Assembly (NCBI GenBank): GCA_031372565.1
Contig: JANMLN010000020.1
Location: 1 to 64,000 of the forward strand
From: Gemmatimonadota bacterium
GTDB lineage: Bacteria; Gemmatimonadota; Gemmatimonadetes; Gemmatimonadales; Gemmatimonadaceae
Length of the DNA stretch: 64,000 nucleotides
Reading direction: 5' to 3'
Position numbers and translations under genes: made by a program. Below, piece by piece: positions 53,756-64,000 of the stretch; the first letter of the stretch is position 1, and each line of letters starts with the position of its first letter. The notes beneath the pieces are model-generated. The model did no database searches. It was given only the letters and a program-made list of their open reading frames with translations, and was not told the origin of the DNA.

Positions 53756-55343
53756 TGGACGTGCTCCTCTGGCGGTAGCTTTGCAGCTTGTTGTAGAAGT
53801 GCTTGAACTCGATGTCGATCTGCCGGTGGCGCGCCCCCTCCTCGAAATCCGTGAGGACATCGTACACGTCGCTGTCGATGAAGATGGCCTTGCTGCCATC
53901 CACGATCAGACTCGATCCTGCCGGGAGTGATGCGAGCTTCAGCTTCAACTCGGTCTTGTTGACGAACGAGGCATCCTTGTTGAGTCGCAGCAGGTACATC
54001 GAGTCCTGGTTCACCAGCGTGAACGCGGAGTGGTGATTGGTGCGGATCACGAACCCGATGCCGATGACGATGCCGATCAGGACGCCCGTCAGCAGGTCCG
54101 TGAAGACGATCGCGACGATCGTCAGGATGAACGGGACAAACTGATCGAGGCCGGAGCGCCAGACCGCACCATAGAGCCCCGGCTTCGTGAGCTTGTACCC
54201 GACCATGATCAGCACCGCCGCGAGGCAGGCGAGCGGAATCCGGTTGAGCAGGCCCGGGATCAACAGCACACACGTCAGCAGCAGTGCGCCGTGGATGAAC
54301 GACGACCAGCGGGTCTTCGCGCCCGCGTAGACGTTGGCCGAGCTCCGCACGATCACGGCCGTCACCGGCAGGCCGCCGAACAGTCCGGCCATCACGTTCC
54401 CGACGCCCTGCGCGATCAGTTCGCGGTCCGGGTTCGAGATGCGACGCTCCGGATCGATCTTGTCGGATGCTTCGAGTGACAGCAGCGACTCGATGCTTGC
54501 CACGATCGCGAGGGTCAGCCCCGTCAAGTAGATCCGGCGGTCCGTCCAGCGCGACCAATCGGGCGCCGTGATCTGCGCGAGGAAGTCACGGGCGCCACCC
54601 GCAGGCAGCGTCACGAGATGGCCATCCTCTGCGCGCAGGACGAAGTCGGTGAACAGGCCGCGGAACAGCTCGTTCAGCGCCACACCGACGATCACCACGA
54701 TCAGCGCACCGGGCACCATCGCGAGCGTCCGGCGGCTCTTCACCCAGCGGCTCTCCCAGAGCATCAGGATCGCCAATGACACGACCGTGATCACGATCGC
54801 CTCGCCGTTGGCCGACAGCACCGCGTCCGAGATGTCGGACAACGTGGTCGACGCGCCATCCGCACTGCGGAAGAAGTCGAAATCGCCCTCGTAGCCGCGG
54901 TCACGACCCAGCGCGTGCGGGATCTGCTTCAGGATGATGACGATGCCGATGGCGGCCAGCATGCCCTTGATCACCGCATTGGGCACGTAGTTCGCCACGC
55001 GACCAGCACGCAGGAACCCGAAGGCGAGCTGCAACACACCGGCCACGAGCACGGCAAGCAGGAAGGCCTGGAACGAACCGAGGGTCTGGATGGCCGTGGC
55101 GACAATCGCGGCGAGGCCGGCGGCCGGCCCACTGACGCTGATCGCGGACGACGACAGCAGGGAGACAACGAGACCACCGATGATGCCGGCAATCACGCCC
55201 GAGAACAGCGGCGCACCCGACGCCAAGGCGATGCCGAGGCAGAGCGGCAGCGCGACGAGGAACACGACGAGGCCCGCTGACGCGTCGGCGCGGAGGGGAT
55301 GCGGAGCCTCGGTCGTCACGGTTGCGCTGCGCTCGATGGGCAT
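53742..55343 (-). CDS. SulP family anion (probably bicarbonate) transporter
   Basis: [38 protein letters not shown]; overlaps the carbonic anhydrase start. Confidence 0.92.
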
Positions 55344-55709
55344 GAGAGAAGTGGGGGCCTGTCAGCACGCTGGGGTGGCGATCCGCGATGAGCGCCCACG
55401 CCAAGGGTCACGGTCTCGAGCGAGCGCATGGAGAGAATAGTAGCGTATCGGCACGCGCACCAACGCGCGAACCGAGTCCCGTGACGAGGCAGATCGCCCG
55501 TCCGGTCGGGTGCCGGTGGCTTCCCGTGCGCGGTCGCAATGCCCGGCTGTCCGACACGCACACTCGGGGCTGTTCGAGCCTCCCGAGGACATCCTCCCCC
55601 TGCAGACGTCACATGTTTCTTCTTGCGCGGCGCACCGTGCGACCTCAATGTCAACGTGTCGCCAGTCGCACGATGTACGCTCGAGTTTGTGACCACTGAG
55701 CTGACCGCC

Positions 55710-56423
55710 ATGCGCCCGACTCACCCGTTCGTCGCCACGCTCGGCCTGTTGGCGCTCATCGGTACTTCGGGTTGCGCAGATAGTGCCGCGCCCGGCCAGC
55801 CGCCGGCCGGCGCCACGCAGGGTGTCCGCGTCGTCAACGCGTACACCCAGCCCGTTGACGTGCTGGTGGATGGCGCGCTCGTCGCCTCGAACGTCGCACC
55901 GGCGCGCATCGACAGCCTGCCGCAGACCGCTGGCGCGCATACGGTCGCACTCCGCACCTCCGGCACCACCACCATCGTCTCCGTGCCGGTCCGGACGGTG
56001 ACCGGCGCGCTGAGCACCATCATCGCGCTCCGCGTCGGCGCCGGGCTCGCCATCAGCACCTTCGATGATACCAACGCCGTCGTTCCAGCGGGGGCGACCA
56101 AGGTGCGCGTGCTGCACCTGGCGCCGAACGCTGGCGAGATCGAAGTGGCCCGCACGCAGCCCGATTGGCTCGCACCACCGCTGGTTGGATGGAAGATACC
56201 GTTCTACTATGACACGCTCATCACGGATCCACTCGCCAACCCCTACTACCAGAGCACGACGGGGACGTGGGATGTGCGCGCGTGGCGCAAGCCGTCGGAG
56301 AACGCCCTTGGGTGGAACGGTGCCACGGCCCGCGTGACCTTCACTCTGGCCAGCGGGGAGAAGCGCACCGTGTTGGTGCTGGACGGGGTCGGTGGTGGCA
56401 TTCGGCTGGAAGTCATCAAGTAG
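55710..56423 (+). CDS. DUF4397-like lipoprotein
   Basis: Lipobox-like TSGC; VRVVNA...VDVLVDG and VRVLHLAPNAG repeats. Confidence 0.75.
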   Translation: MRPTHPFVATLGLLALIGTSGCADSAAPGQPPAGATQGVRVVNAYTQPVDVLVDGALVASNVAPARIDSLPQTAGAHTVALRTSGTTTIVSVPVRTVTGALSTIIALRVGAGLAISTFDDTNAVVPAGATKVRVLHLAPNAGEIEVARTQPDWLAPPLVGWKIPFYYDTLITDPLANPYYQSTTGTWDVRAWRKPSENALGWNGATARVTFTLASGEKRTVLVLDGVGGGIRLEVIK

Positions 56424-56457
56424 GGGTTGGCACGTTGCAGGCCAGCTCGATGCGGGC

Positions 56458-59400
56458 TCAGCGCACCCCCGCGCACCAACCCGCCGCCTTGTATCCGCAT
56501 CGCACGCACGTTGCCGGGTCCACGGCAAGCGACGCGTGGTCGGGCACGGTCCGCTCGGCGGCCGCGACGCGCTCACGCATCGTCAAGCGCGCCCGATCGG
56601 CAGCCCCTGCGACGGTCGCCCCCGTCGCCGTGAACACGAAGTCGAACGATGTGACCGACCGGCCCGAGATGGCCTCCACCGCCTCGACGTAGGCATCGCG
56701 CTGCACGGTGTACTTGGACGCGACGTCGCTCTCCTCGCCCGCCCGCACGCGTCCCGTCTTCACGTCCACGATGGCGACGCCGTCGCCGTCAGGCGCCGCA
56801 AGGTCGATCGCGCCCTCGAGCGCCGAGCCGTCTGGCAGCACCCGCAGGAAGCGCAGCTCGCGGCGCGCGTGTTCGCGACGCGCCAGGTGCCCGTAGTGAC
56901 CGGCCAACGCTGCCTCGACCTGCGCGCGAATGGCCGCGCGATCGTCGGGATGCCACCCACGGCCTGGCGCCGCGTCGTCCTCGTTCCACTCGGCCTCGGC
57001 TTGCGACAGCAGCGCGTCGAGCTCGGCCTGCTCATCCGCACGCGCGAGGATCTCGTGAACCGTCGTGCCGAGCTCTGCGGGGCTCATGCGCGCATCCACC
57101 GATTCGGCCTCGCGCTGTGCCTTGACCTTCGACGCGACCTTCGTTGCACCGGCCGACGCGTGCGCGCCGCCCTCCACGTCGCGCGGCTCGGCGACGCCGA
57201 GCAGGTACTTCCACGCGTACCGTCGCTCACACTGCGCGTGCAGCATGAGCGCGGTCGCAGAGTGCCGGAGCCGACCCATCGGCACTGCAACGGCGGCAGG
57301 CGGCAGCACGATGTCTGCGGTCCCATCGACCAGCGGTGCAGGGGATGTGGGTGGTGCCTTCCTCGCGTCGTCACTCGCGCGGACGTCCACCACCGTGAGC
57401 AACACCGGATGCGCCTGACCACCGGCACTCGGCACCGTGAGCGTGCCGCTCGTGCTGTCCGCGTCCAACCCGAGCGCTGCGCCGAGCCATGCGGCGTCTG
57501 TTCCCTTGGTGGCCTTGAGCAGCACACCGCTCACGATCAGGCGCGACTTGGCGCGCGTGGCGGCGACGTAGCGCAGCCGCAATCGCTCCGCGTCCGCCTC
57601 GCGCTCGCCCTCACTCCGGAGTGCCTGTACCACGGGGTCCTGCTCCTGCTTGTCGACCCCGGGCTCAGCGAGCGCGATGCCATCGCGTGTGATGAAGAGT
57701 CCGTTTGTGCCCCGATCACCTGGCGTGGTGCGCGCCAGGTCCGCCCACACCACGACGTCCCAGTCGAGCCCCTTGGCAGCGTGGATCGTCGTGATGGTCA
57801 CGAACGGCTCCTCAGGGCCGACCAGTCGCGCCGGCGACACGTCATCCTCGCGCGCGCGGCGCTCGGCGAGCTCGCGCAGCCAACCTCCGATACTCCGGCG
57901 CGGATCTTCCTCGAGCAATCGAGCGAAGCGCGCAAGGTTGGCCAGCGCTTGAGCGGCGTCCTCGTCACCACGCAATGCGAGATGCGCGCGATAGCCGCCC
58001 TCGTCGAGCAGCTGCTCGAGCAGCTGGTGCGCCGGGACGCGATCGAGCCGTGCGCGCAGGCGAGCGAGCAGCGCTCGCCCATCGGCAAGGCGCATCGCTT
58101 CGTCCGGTGCGAGCGTCCACTGTGGCACGTCGGTATCCAGCCCACCGCCTTGGGCGAGTGCGAGCAGCGTCTCGTCGCGCACGCCGACAAACGGACTCCG
58201 CAACACCCCGGCCATGGCCACCGAATCGCGCGGGTCACGCACGGCGCGCAGCGCGAGCATCGCGTCGAGCACCTCGCGCGTTTCGAGCAGCCCCGCCGAG
58301 CGCAGGAAATAGAACGGGACGCCGGCAGATCGGAGAGCAGCCGCAAACGGATCCGCGCTGGCCCGCGCTCGCACAAGGATTGCCATGTGTCGCCAGCTGA
58401 GCGGCGTTCCATCGACGGCGAGCAGGCCGCTCTGCTGCAGCACCTGCAAACGTGCCACGACCGCCGCCGCGTCCACTTCGCGGATGCGCTCGGCGTTCGC
58501 CGTGGTCTCACCCACTCTCCGCGGCGCGATGATCTCCACGGCCGGCGCATCGCCGACCGCGGGGCGCGTGGGGGTCAGCGATGCGTATCCGACCTCGTAC
58601 GGCTTGCGCCCGCCCTCCGGCTCGGCATTCATCGCCGGCGCCATCACGTGGTCCACGAAGGCGAGGATCCCGGGAACCGAGCGGAACGAGTCATGGAGCG
58701 GACAGATCGCCGCGCGCGTCGGCATCGCGGCAAAGCGCTCCTCGACCTCACGCCAGACGCTCACGTCCGCGCGCCGGAATCGATAGATACTCTGCTTCGG
58801 GTCCCCCACGAGCAGCAGTCGCGTGCCGCGCGGATCGTCCGGCTCGATGCCGCCAATCGCCAGCACGAGGTCGCGCTGCACGGGGTCCACATCCTGAAAC
58901 TCGTCCACCACGAGAAGGCGCAGGCGGGCGCGCACGGCCGCCAGCACGTCGGCATCGCGCAGCAGGTCGCGTGTCCACGTCAGCAGTCGGTCGAAGTCCA
59001 CCGCCGGCAGTTCGGCAAGCAGATGATCGTGCGCCTCACGGGTGCGCGTTGCCAGCGTGAGCAGCGCGTGCGTCTCGTCGGGGTGAACGCGAGGCGTCAG
59101 CGATGAGAGCGCCTCAAGTCGCCCGCCATCCGCGGCCAGCACTTCGAGCCAGCGCGAGACCACGTCCACCGCGTACGTGGCCAGCACGGTGCCCAAGCCG
59201 GGAACCTCGTTCGTTTCGAGCGCCTCGAGCAGCGTTTCGCGTGCGGCCGCAGCGAGCAACTCGCGCGCTTCACCTTCGAGCGCGAGCCGGCCAGGTGCCC
59301 GGCGCGCACCGCGGAGACCGAAGCCGCGCAGCAGCTCGCCCGCAAACCCGTGAATCGTGCCGATGCGTGCGGCATCCACGCGCTCGGCCAAGTCCGCGCG

Positions 59401-59661
59401 TCCTGCCGTGGTGAGCGCATCGCGCAGACTGCGCACGAGTTCGGCCGCCGAGGCGTTGGTAAAGCTGATCGCCGCCACCTGCTCGAGCGTGAGCGGAGCA
59501 GGGAGGGCTCCCGCTCCCGGAACCTCGACGCCCAACCGGTGCAGCAGGGCGCGCACGACGGTGAACGTCTTGCCGGAGCCCGCTCCTGCGGACACGAGCA
59601 CGTGACGGTCGAGCGAGTCGAGGATCGCGCGCTGCTGGGGGCGAAGCACGGGCGGCGTCAT
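56458..59661 (-). CDS. addA: AddA-like UvrD helicase-nuclease
   Basis: AGAGSGKT, VDEFQD, VGDPKQSIYRFR.AD, TIHAAKGL, YVAATRA, C-terminal G.ID...IVDVKTG. Confidence 0.88.
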   Translation of the reverse strand: MTPPVLRPQQRAILDSLDRHVLVSAGAGSGKTFTVVRALLHRLGVEVPGAGALPAPLTLEQVAAISFTNASAAELVRSLRDALTTAGRADLAERVDAARIGTIHGFAGELLRGFGLRGARRAPGRLALEGEARELLAAAARETLLEALETNEVPGLGTVLATYAVDVVSRWLEVLAADGGRLEALSSLTPRVHPDETHALLTLATRTREAHDHLLAELPAVDFDRLLTWTRDLLRDADVLAAVRARLRLLVVDEFQDVDPVQRDLVLAIGGIEPDDPRGTRLLLVGDPKQSIYRFRRADVSVWREVEERFAAMPTRAAICPLHDSFRSVPGILAFVDHVMAPAMNAEPEGGRKPYEVGYASLTPTRPAVGDAPAVEIIAPRRVGETTANAERIREVDAAAVVARLQVLQQSGLLAVDGTPLSWRHMAILVRARASADPFAAALRSAGVPFYFLRSAGLLETREVLDAMLALRAVRDPRDSVAMAGVLRSPFVGVRDETLLALAQGGGLDTDVPQWTLAPDEAMRLADGRALLARLRARLDRVPAHQLLEQLLDEGGYRAHLALRGDEDAAQALANLARFARLLEEDPRRSIGGWLRELAERRAREDDVSPARLVGPEEPFVTITTIHAAKGLDWDVVVWADLARTTPGDRGTNGLFITRDGIALAEPGVDKQEQDPVVQALRSEGEREADAERLRLRYVAATRAKSRLIVSGVLLKATKGTDAAWLGAALGLDADSTSGTLTVPSAGGQAHPVLLTVVDVRASDDARKAPPTSPAPLVDGTADIVLPPAAVAVPMGRLRHSATALMLHAQCERRYAWKYLLGVAEPRDVEGGAHASAGATKVASKVKAQREAESVDARMSPAELGTTVHEILARADEQAELDALLSQAEAEWNEDDAAPGRGWHPDDRAAIRAQVEAALAGHYGHLARREHARRELRFLRVLPDGSALEGAIDLAAPDGDGVAIVDVKTGRVRAGEESDVASKYTVQRDAYVEAVEAISGRSVTSFDFVFTATGATVAGAADRARLTMRERVAAAERTVPDHASLAVDPATCVRCGYKAAGWCAGVR

Positions 59662-59668
59662 GGCCGGC

Positions 59669-62600
59669 TCACCACTCACCGGTCTTCGGGCCGCCCACGA
59701 TGCGGCAGCTATCGAGCGCGACGCACCATGACGGGCAGTGATGCGACTCGGCCGGCGTGGGAGGGAAGGGGCCGGTGCGCGCGCGCACGATCGTGCGGGG
59801 AATGGCGTCTCGCGATGCGGCGAAATCCGCGTGACCGCCAAGCTCCGTGTCGAGCACCTTCGTCTTGTGATGCACTTCCGCGAGATTGATCGGAAGGACG
59901 GCCTTCCCCGTTCGCAGACTGCGGTACTCGATGCGCGCGATCTCGATGCCCGGCTCGAGGTGTTGCAGCGCCATTGCGTAGAGCGGTGCCTGTAGCACGA
60001 TGCCGTCGGCGAACGCGCCCGACTTGCCGCCACCGGGAGCGGCGCCAGTCGAGCTCTTGTAATCCACGATGACGCGCCAGCGACCGGGCTGTGGGATGCG
60101 ATCATCCGTCACCACGTCCACGCGATCGATGCGGCCGTGCGCGCGGAAGCGAACGTCACCGACCGCCAACGTCATCGGACCGAACGCGACCTCATGACGG
60201 TCCGCTCCCGCGTGTAGCGGTCGTCGCGACTGCCAGCTCTTGCCGGTGACCCACTTGTCGTGCTCCTCAGCCTCGGCTTCGATGTATGCCGTGAGCGTTC
60301 GCAACCACTCCGCACGGCGCGCGCCCTCAAGCCCCGGCGCACCCATCCATGTGCCCGCCGCCTCTGCCTCATACGCGGCGTCGAACGCGGCACGCAGCGT
60401 GTCACGCACTCCGGCAAGATCGGCCGTCTGGAGAAACACCGGACGCGCCTGCTCCGCGCGCAGCCGGTCGAAGAATCGGGCCAGCGCGTCGTGCAGCACC
60501 TTCCCGCGCACCGTGGCCGCCACGTCGTCGTCCGGCTCCTCGACGCGCTCGAGCTTGAGGAGCCGTTGTGCGAACCAGGCATGCGGACACTTCGCGAGCC
60601 CCTCGAGCGACGTCGGACTCCACGTGTACGACTCGCCGTGCTGCGTTGCCAGCCACGCGCGGATGTCGACGTGCTCGATCTCGCCATCGTACGCGCCGCC
60701 GCTGCCCGTGAGCCGGGCGCGCTCGATCGCTGCCCCATGTGCACCCCGTGCGACAGCCGCGCGATGGGGCGCGAGCGGGTAGGCCGGCACGATCACGGTT
60801 GATGCGCGCATCCGGTCTGCCACGATGCTGCCACCCAGTCGCGTCGCCTCCTCGAAGAACGACGACACCACCGTCGCGCACTGTGCGTCGTCCTCGCGAC
60901 TCCAGCTCAACACGAGCGACGATCTGGCGGACGCCACGAGCGAACGGAACAGTTCACGCTCGCGCTCCTCCCACGCCGTGCGACGGTCCAGCGGCAGCCC
61001 GGCCGCGACCAGCGCGTCCCGTTCCTCGTCGTCGAGCACGATCCCCACCGGGCGACGACGCGGAAAGTGCCCCGCCTCCAGCCCGAGCACGAAGACGTGA
61101 TCGAATCCCCGGTATGCCGCGGCCAGTGCCTCCGCGACAACGACGCCGTGGACGGTCGGCGACGCGAGCACGATGTCACCCGTCAGCACCGCATCGCACA
61201 GCGGCAGGAACCCGGCCGCGTCGATCAGGTCGGGCGGAGCATGCCGCGTCACGACGGCGCGCCAGCTGCGCACGGCCTGTCGAAGGAGCGTCCATCCGCG
61301 GATGTCCGCACGCGCGCTGGTGAGGTCATCCACCGCAGCCTTACGCGCGTGCTGCTCGAGCGTCCACGGATCGTCCGTGAGGAAGCCATCCAGCCACGCG
61401 AGCCAATCGCTCAAGGAACGCTCGCCGTCGAGGGCCGACGCAAACGCGGCGAACCGCTGGATACCGGCCTGCGCATCCGTCACGCGCGCCGTTGCTGGCA
61501 ACGGATGCCGGCGCTCGTCTTCGTCGCGTGGTGCAGCACCCGTGTCGCGCGCGGTCGCCCGCGCGAGCAGCGTCGCGTGCGCCGAGCGCCAGCCAGCCAG
61601 CCCGTCGACCCGACGCTCGAAGCCCAGGCGATTGATCACCAGTGGGTCCAGCTGGCCTGCTCCATACGGATGCTCGGCCAGCTCCACCAACGCGTGGCGC
61701 GACCAGCCTTCTGCCGCCGCCTCCAGCAATTGCCGCACGATGCGAACGACCGGTACCTCCGCCAGCGACACACGCTGACGCGTCGTCACCGGCACGCCCA
61801 TGCGCGCAAGTGCGGGGGCCATGCGATCCACGAACGGGCGGGCTTCCCGGGCGACGACGGCGATGCGGTGCGGCGGAACCCCGCCGTCCACCAGCGCACG
61901 AACGTCCACCGCCACGCGCTCGATCTCGCGCCGTGGATCCGGCGATTCGAGCACGCGGAGCTGAGGCGCAACTGTCGCGGGCGGCTCCGCGCCTGCCGCA
62001 AAGAGAGCGCGCGCCATGGTCGTCTGGTCGCCCACGGACTCGTGTGCGTCAGGCGTGATGTCGCTGTCCGCCGAGAAGAGATCGGCGTGCATCGTGTACA
62101 CCGCGACACGCTCGAGCGTCGTGTTCGCTCGCAGCACCCGCAGCAACGCGCGCCATCCGCCCCGAAGGTCCATGAGGCCGACGATATGCAGTGTGCGGCG
62201 GGCCCCGAGAACCCGCGCGAGCTGGTCAGCGTCGTGTGCCAGAGCGCCGGCTGCCGCCGCGAGCGCATCGCGACCATCGCGCCGTCCCGCATCGACCAGC
62301 GCTGCGCGATAGCCCTCCCAGGCGGCAGCGATCTCTGCGTCGCGTCGCTCCTGGAAGGCATCCCGGTGTGCGTGTGCCTCACACGCCGCACGGAACCGGT
62401 CCGGCATGATCCCTTCGGCCGCGAACTCGCCGAACAGTGCATCGGCCTCGCGCACGGTGAGCGACAGCCGATCCGGACGTCCGAGAATCTGCGGGGCGCG
62501 GTGGCGCAGCACTTCCTCGATGATCACCGTGCGTTCGATCGCGTCGAGGGCGGGGAGCAGCGTCGGATGCAGCACCTGTGCCAGCTCCGCGAACACGCGG

Positions 62601-62806
62601 ATCTCCGGATCGAACCACCCCGCGACCCCACGCGCGCTCGCCATCCGCAGCAGGTCGTCGCGCAATCCGCCTTGCCGAAGCACTAGCATCGTGGCCGGAG
62701 CCGCGAACGGATCGCTCGTCGCGAGCGGCGGGGCGAGATAGTCGCGCGCCGCGTCCGCGAGGAGTGCGTGCGGGTCGGTGCCGGTAACGAGAACGAGGTG
62801 CGCCAT
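59669..62806 (-). CDS. addB: AddB-like inactive helicase / PD-(D/E)XK nuclease
   Basis: Degenerate helicase scaffold; SPTSLE...CPHAWF, GRIDRVD, VDYKS, Q.PLY, C-terminal Cys cluster. Confidence 0.85.
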   Translation of the reverse strand: MAHLVLVTGTDPHALLADAARDYLAPPLATSDPFAAPATMLVLRQGGLRDDLLRMASARGVAGWFDPEIRVFAELAQVLHPTLLPALDAIERTVIIEEVLRHRAPQILGRPDRLSLTVREADALFGEFAAEGIMPDRFRAACEAHAHRDAFQERRDAEIAAAWEGYRAALVDAGRRDGRDALAAAAGALAHDADQLARVLGARRTLHIVGLMDLRGGWRALLRVLRANTTLERVAVYTMHADLFSADSDITPDAHESVGDQTTMARALFAAGAEPPATVAPQLRVLESPDPRREIERVAVDVRALVDGGVPPHRIAVVAREARPFVDRMAPALARMGVPVTTRQRVSLAEVPVVRIVRQLLEAAAEGWSRHALVELAEHPYGAGQLDPLVINRLGFERRVDGLAGWRSAHATLLARATARDTGAAPRDEDERRHPLPATARVTDAQAGIQRFAAFASALDGERSLSDWLAWLDGFLTDDPWTLEQHARKAAVDDLTSARADIRGWTLLRQAVRSWRAVVTRHAPPDLIDAAGFLPLCDAVLTGDIVLASPTVHGVVVAEALAAAYRGFDHVFVLGLEAGHFPRRRPVGIVLDDEERDALVAAGLPLDRRTAWEERERELFRSLVASARSSLVLSWSREDDAQCATVVSSFFEEATRLGGSIVADRMRASTVIVPAYPLAPHRAAVARGAHGAAIERARLTGSGGAYDGEIEHVDIRAWLATQHGESYTWSPTSLEGLAKCPHAWFAQRLLKLERVEEPDDDVAATVRGKVLHDALARFFDRLRAEQARPVFLQTADLAGVRDTLRAAFDAAYEAEAAGTWMGAPGLEGARRAEWLRTLTAYIEAEAEEHDKWVTGKSWQSRRPLHAGADRHEVAFGPMTLAVGDVRFRAHGRIDRVDVVTDDRIPQPGRWRVIVDYKSSTGAAPGGGKSGAFADGIVLQAPLYAMALQHLEPGIEIARIEYRSLRTGKAVLPINLAEVHHKTKVLDTELGGHADFAASRDAIPRTIVRARTGPFPPTPAESHHCPSWCVALDSCRIVGGPKTGEW

Positions 62807-62815
62807 GACCACGGT

Positions 62816-62837
62816 ACGTTACCGGCGGGCACTGACA
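62816..62837 (-). promoter_or_regulatory. PafBC/RecA-NDp-type promoter upstream of addBA
   Basis: Minus strand TGTCAGTG-CCCGCCGG-TAACGT, ending 9 nt before the addB ATG. Confidence 0.7.
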
Positions 62838-62903
62838 CTGGCGAGCGCCCCGCGCTGCCCGCCCGCCTTGCGCCCCGTCAGACCCCGCCCCCAATCTCCC
62901 CGC

Positions 62904-64000
62904 ATGCCCTCGGCCAACAAGACCCAGCGCTGGCTCGACCTCATAGCCGCCCTGCTCGCACGTCGCTATGGCGCCAGCTTCGACGAACTCACCGAGCACG
63001 TGCCCGGCTACCGTCACGATGGCTCGACCAAGGCCAAGGAATCGGCCAAGCGCACCTTCGAGCGCGACAAGGATGAACTCCGCGCCTGCGGCGTGCCGCT
63101 CGAGTCACAGGTGGCCGCCGGCAACGAGGACGAACCCGACGCGCACCGCTATCTCCTCCGCTCCACCGATTTCTACCTCCCGCTGATCAGCGCGACGCTC
63201 GACGGCGCGACACCGGGCAGTGTTGCCATACCGAAGCGCCCACCTCGCGGCATCGGGTACGCCGGCTTGGGCGTGGTCGCCCTCGCCTTCGACGAGCTCG
63301 AGGCCATGGCGCGTGCCGGCGACCGAGCCCGCAACATCGGCGACCCCGTGCTCGCGATGGAGGCGGAAGACGCGCTCCGCAAGCTCGCGTTCGACCAACC
63401 GCTGGCCGTCGCCACCGATGGTACCGTGCACATCGCCGCCGCGACGCCGAAACCCGCACGCGACGTGCAGGCCGCCGTGAGTGACGCCCTGCGGCGGCGC
63501 AAGCGCCTGACCTTCGACTACCACTCGATCGGACGCGACGCCCACGGCAGACGCACCGTCGAGCCCTACGGCCTCGTGCTGCAGATGGGCCACTGGTATC
63601 TCGTGGCCCGCGACACCGACGCCGACGCGCTCCGACTCTTCCGACTCGGGCGCATGCGCGCCGCCAAGGTGCGTGCGCAGCAGCCCAACTCCGCCGACTA
63701 CGAGGTGCCCGCCGACTTCGACCTGGCCGAGCAGGCACGCTCGCGCGAAGCGTGGGAACTCGGTGACGCCGAAGCCGTCGAGGTGATCGTCCGATTCCGC
63801 GCTGTCACGGGCGCTGTGCGACCAGCGATCGCGCTGGGCACACCGGTGCGAGGGCGCGCAGGCCATCGCCGCTTCCTGGTGCGGCGCCCCGACGCCTTCG
63901 TGCGCTGGCTCCTGTCGTTCGCGGGCGCCGCGGCGCCCGTATCGCCCGCTGCCGTCGTGCGCGAATGGACGTCGGTGGTGGCCGCGACGACCAAGCTCTA
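62904..64000 (+). CDS. PafB-like wHTH-WYL transcriptional regulator (runs off the window end; absent from ORF track)
   Basis: KTQRWLDLIAALL...VPGY...KRTFERDKDELRACGVPLE; RTVEPYGL...HWYLVARD...LRLFRLGRM. Confidence 0.9.
   Translation, partial: MPSANKTQRWLDLIAALLARRYGASFDELTEHVPGYRHDGSTKAKESAKRTFERDKDELRACGVPLESQVAAGNEDEPDAHRYLLRSTDFYLPLISATLDGATPGSVAIPKRPPRGIGYAGLGVVALAFDELEAMARAGDRARNIGDPVLAMEAEDALRKLAFDQPLAVATDGTVHIAAATPKPARDVQAAVSDALRRRKRLTFDYHSIGRDAHGRRTVEPYGLVLQMGHWYLVARDTDADALRLFRLGRMRAAKVRAQQPNSADYEVPADFDLAEQARSREAWELGDAEAVEVIVRFRAVTGAVRPAIALGTPVRGRAGHRRFLVRRPDAFVRWLLSFAGAAAPVSPAAVVREWTSVVAATTKL

Overview
High-GC bacterial chromosomal segment with about 50 protein-coding genes and no recognisable rRNA, tRNA, CRISPR array, integrase or transposase. 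The gene repertoire (several Ser/Thr kinases with TolB-like or TPR tails, a VPS10-like hydrolase, S9 and M1 peptidases) suggests Gemmatimonadota; this is inference. Main blocks: a HupE/UreJ-M1-M1-DUF6702 operon, a DUF3465-vWA-HP0729-like cluster, an ECF sigma followed by an AhpD/CMD gene with an in-frame UGA, an ergothioneine synthesis/transport cluster, a photolyase-renalase fusion, SulP-carbonic anhydrase, and addBA divergent from a PafB-like WYL regulator that the ORF track missed. Best observations: (1) a 30-bp palindromic REP-like element inserted in frame, in multiple copies, into the signal-peptide regions of three consecutive genes; (2) an exact match to the actinobacterial PafBC/RecA-NDp promoter (TGTCAGTG-N8-TAACGT) in front of addBA, next to the pafB-like gene; (3) a probable CxxU selenoprotein with a SECIS-like hairpin; (4) a vWA plus HP0729-like gene pair with an RxxxxH motif; (5) egtBD linked to a transporter, DUF427 and a non-MerA disulfide reductase; (6) repeated leaderless-type promoters. 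All family assignments come from motif recognition, not database searches.
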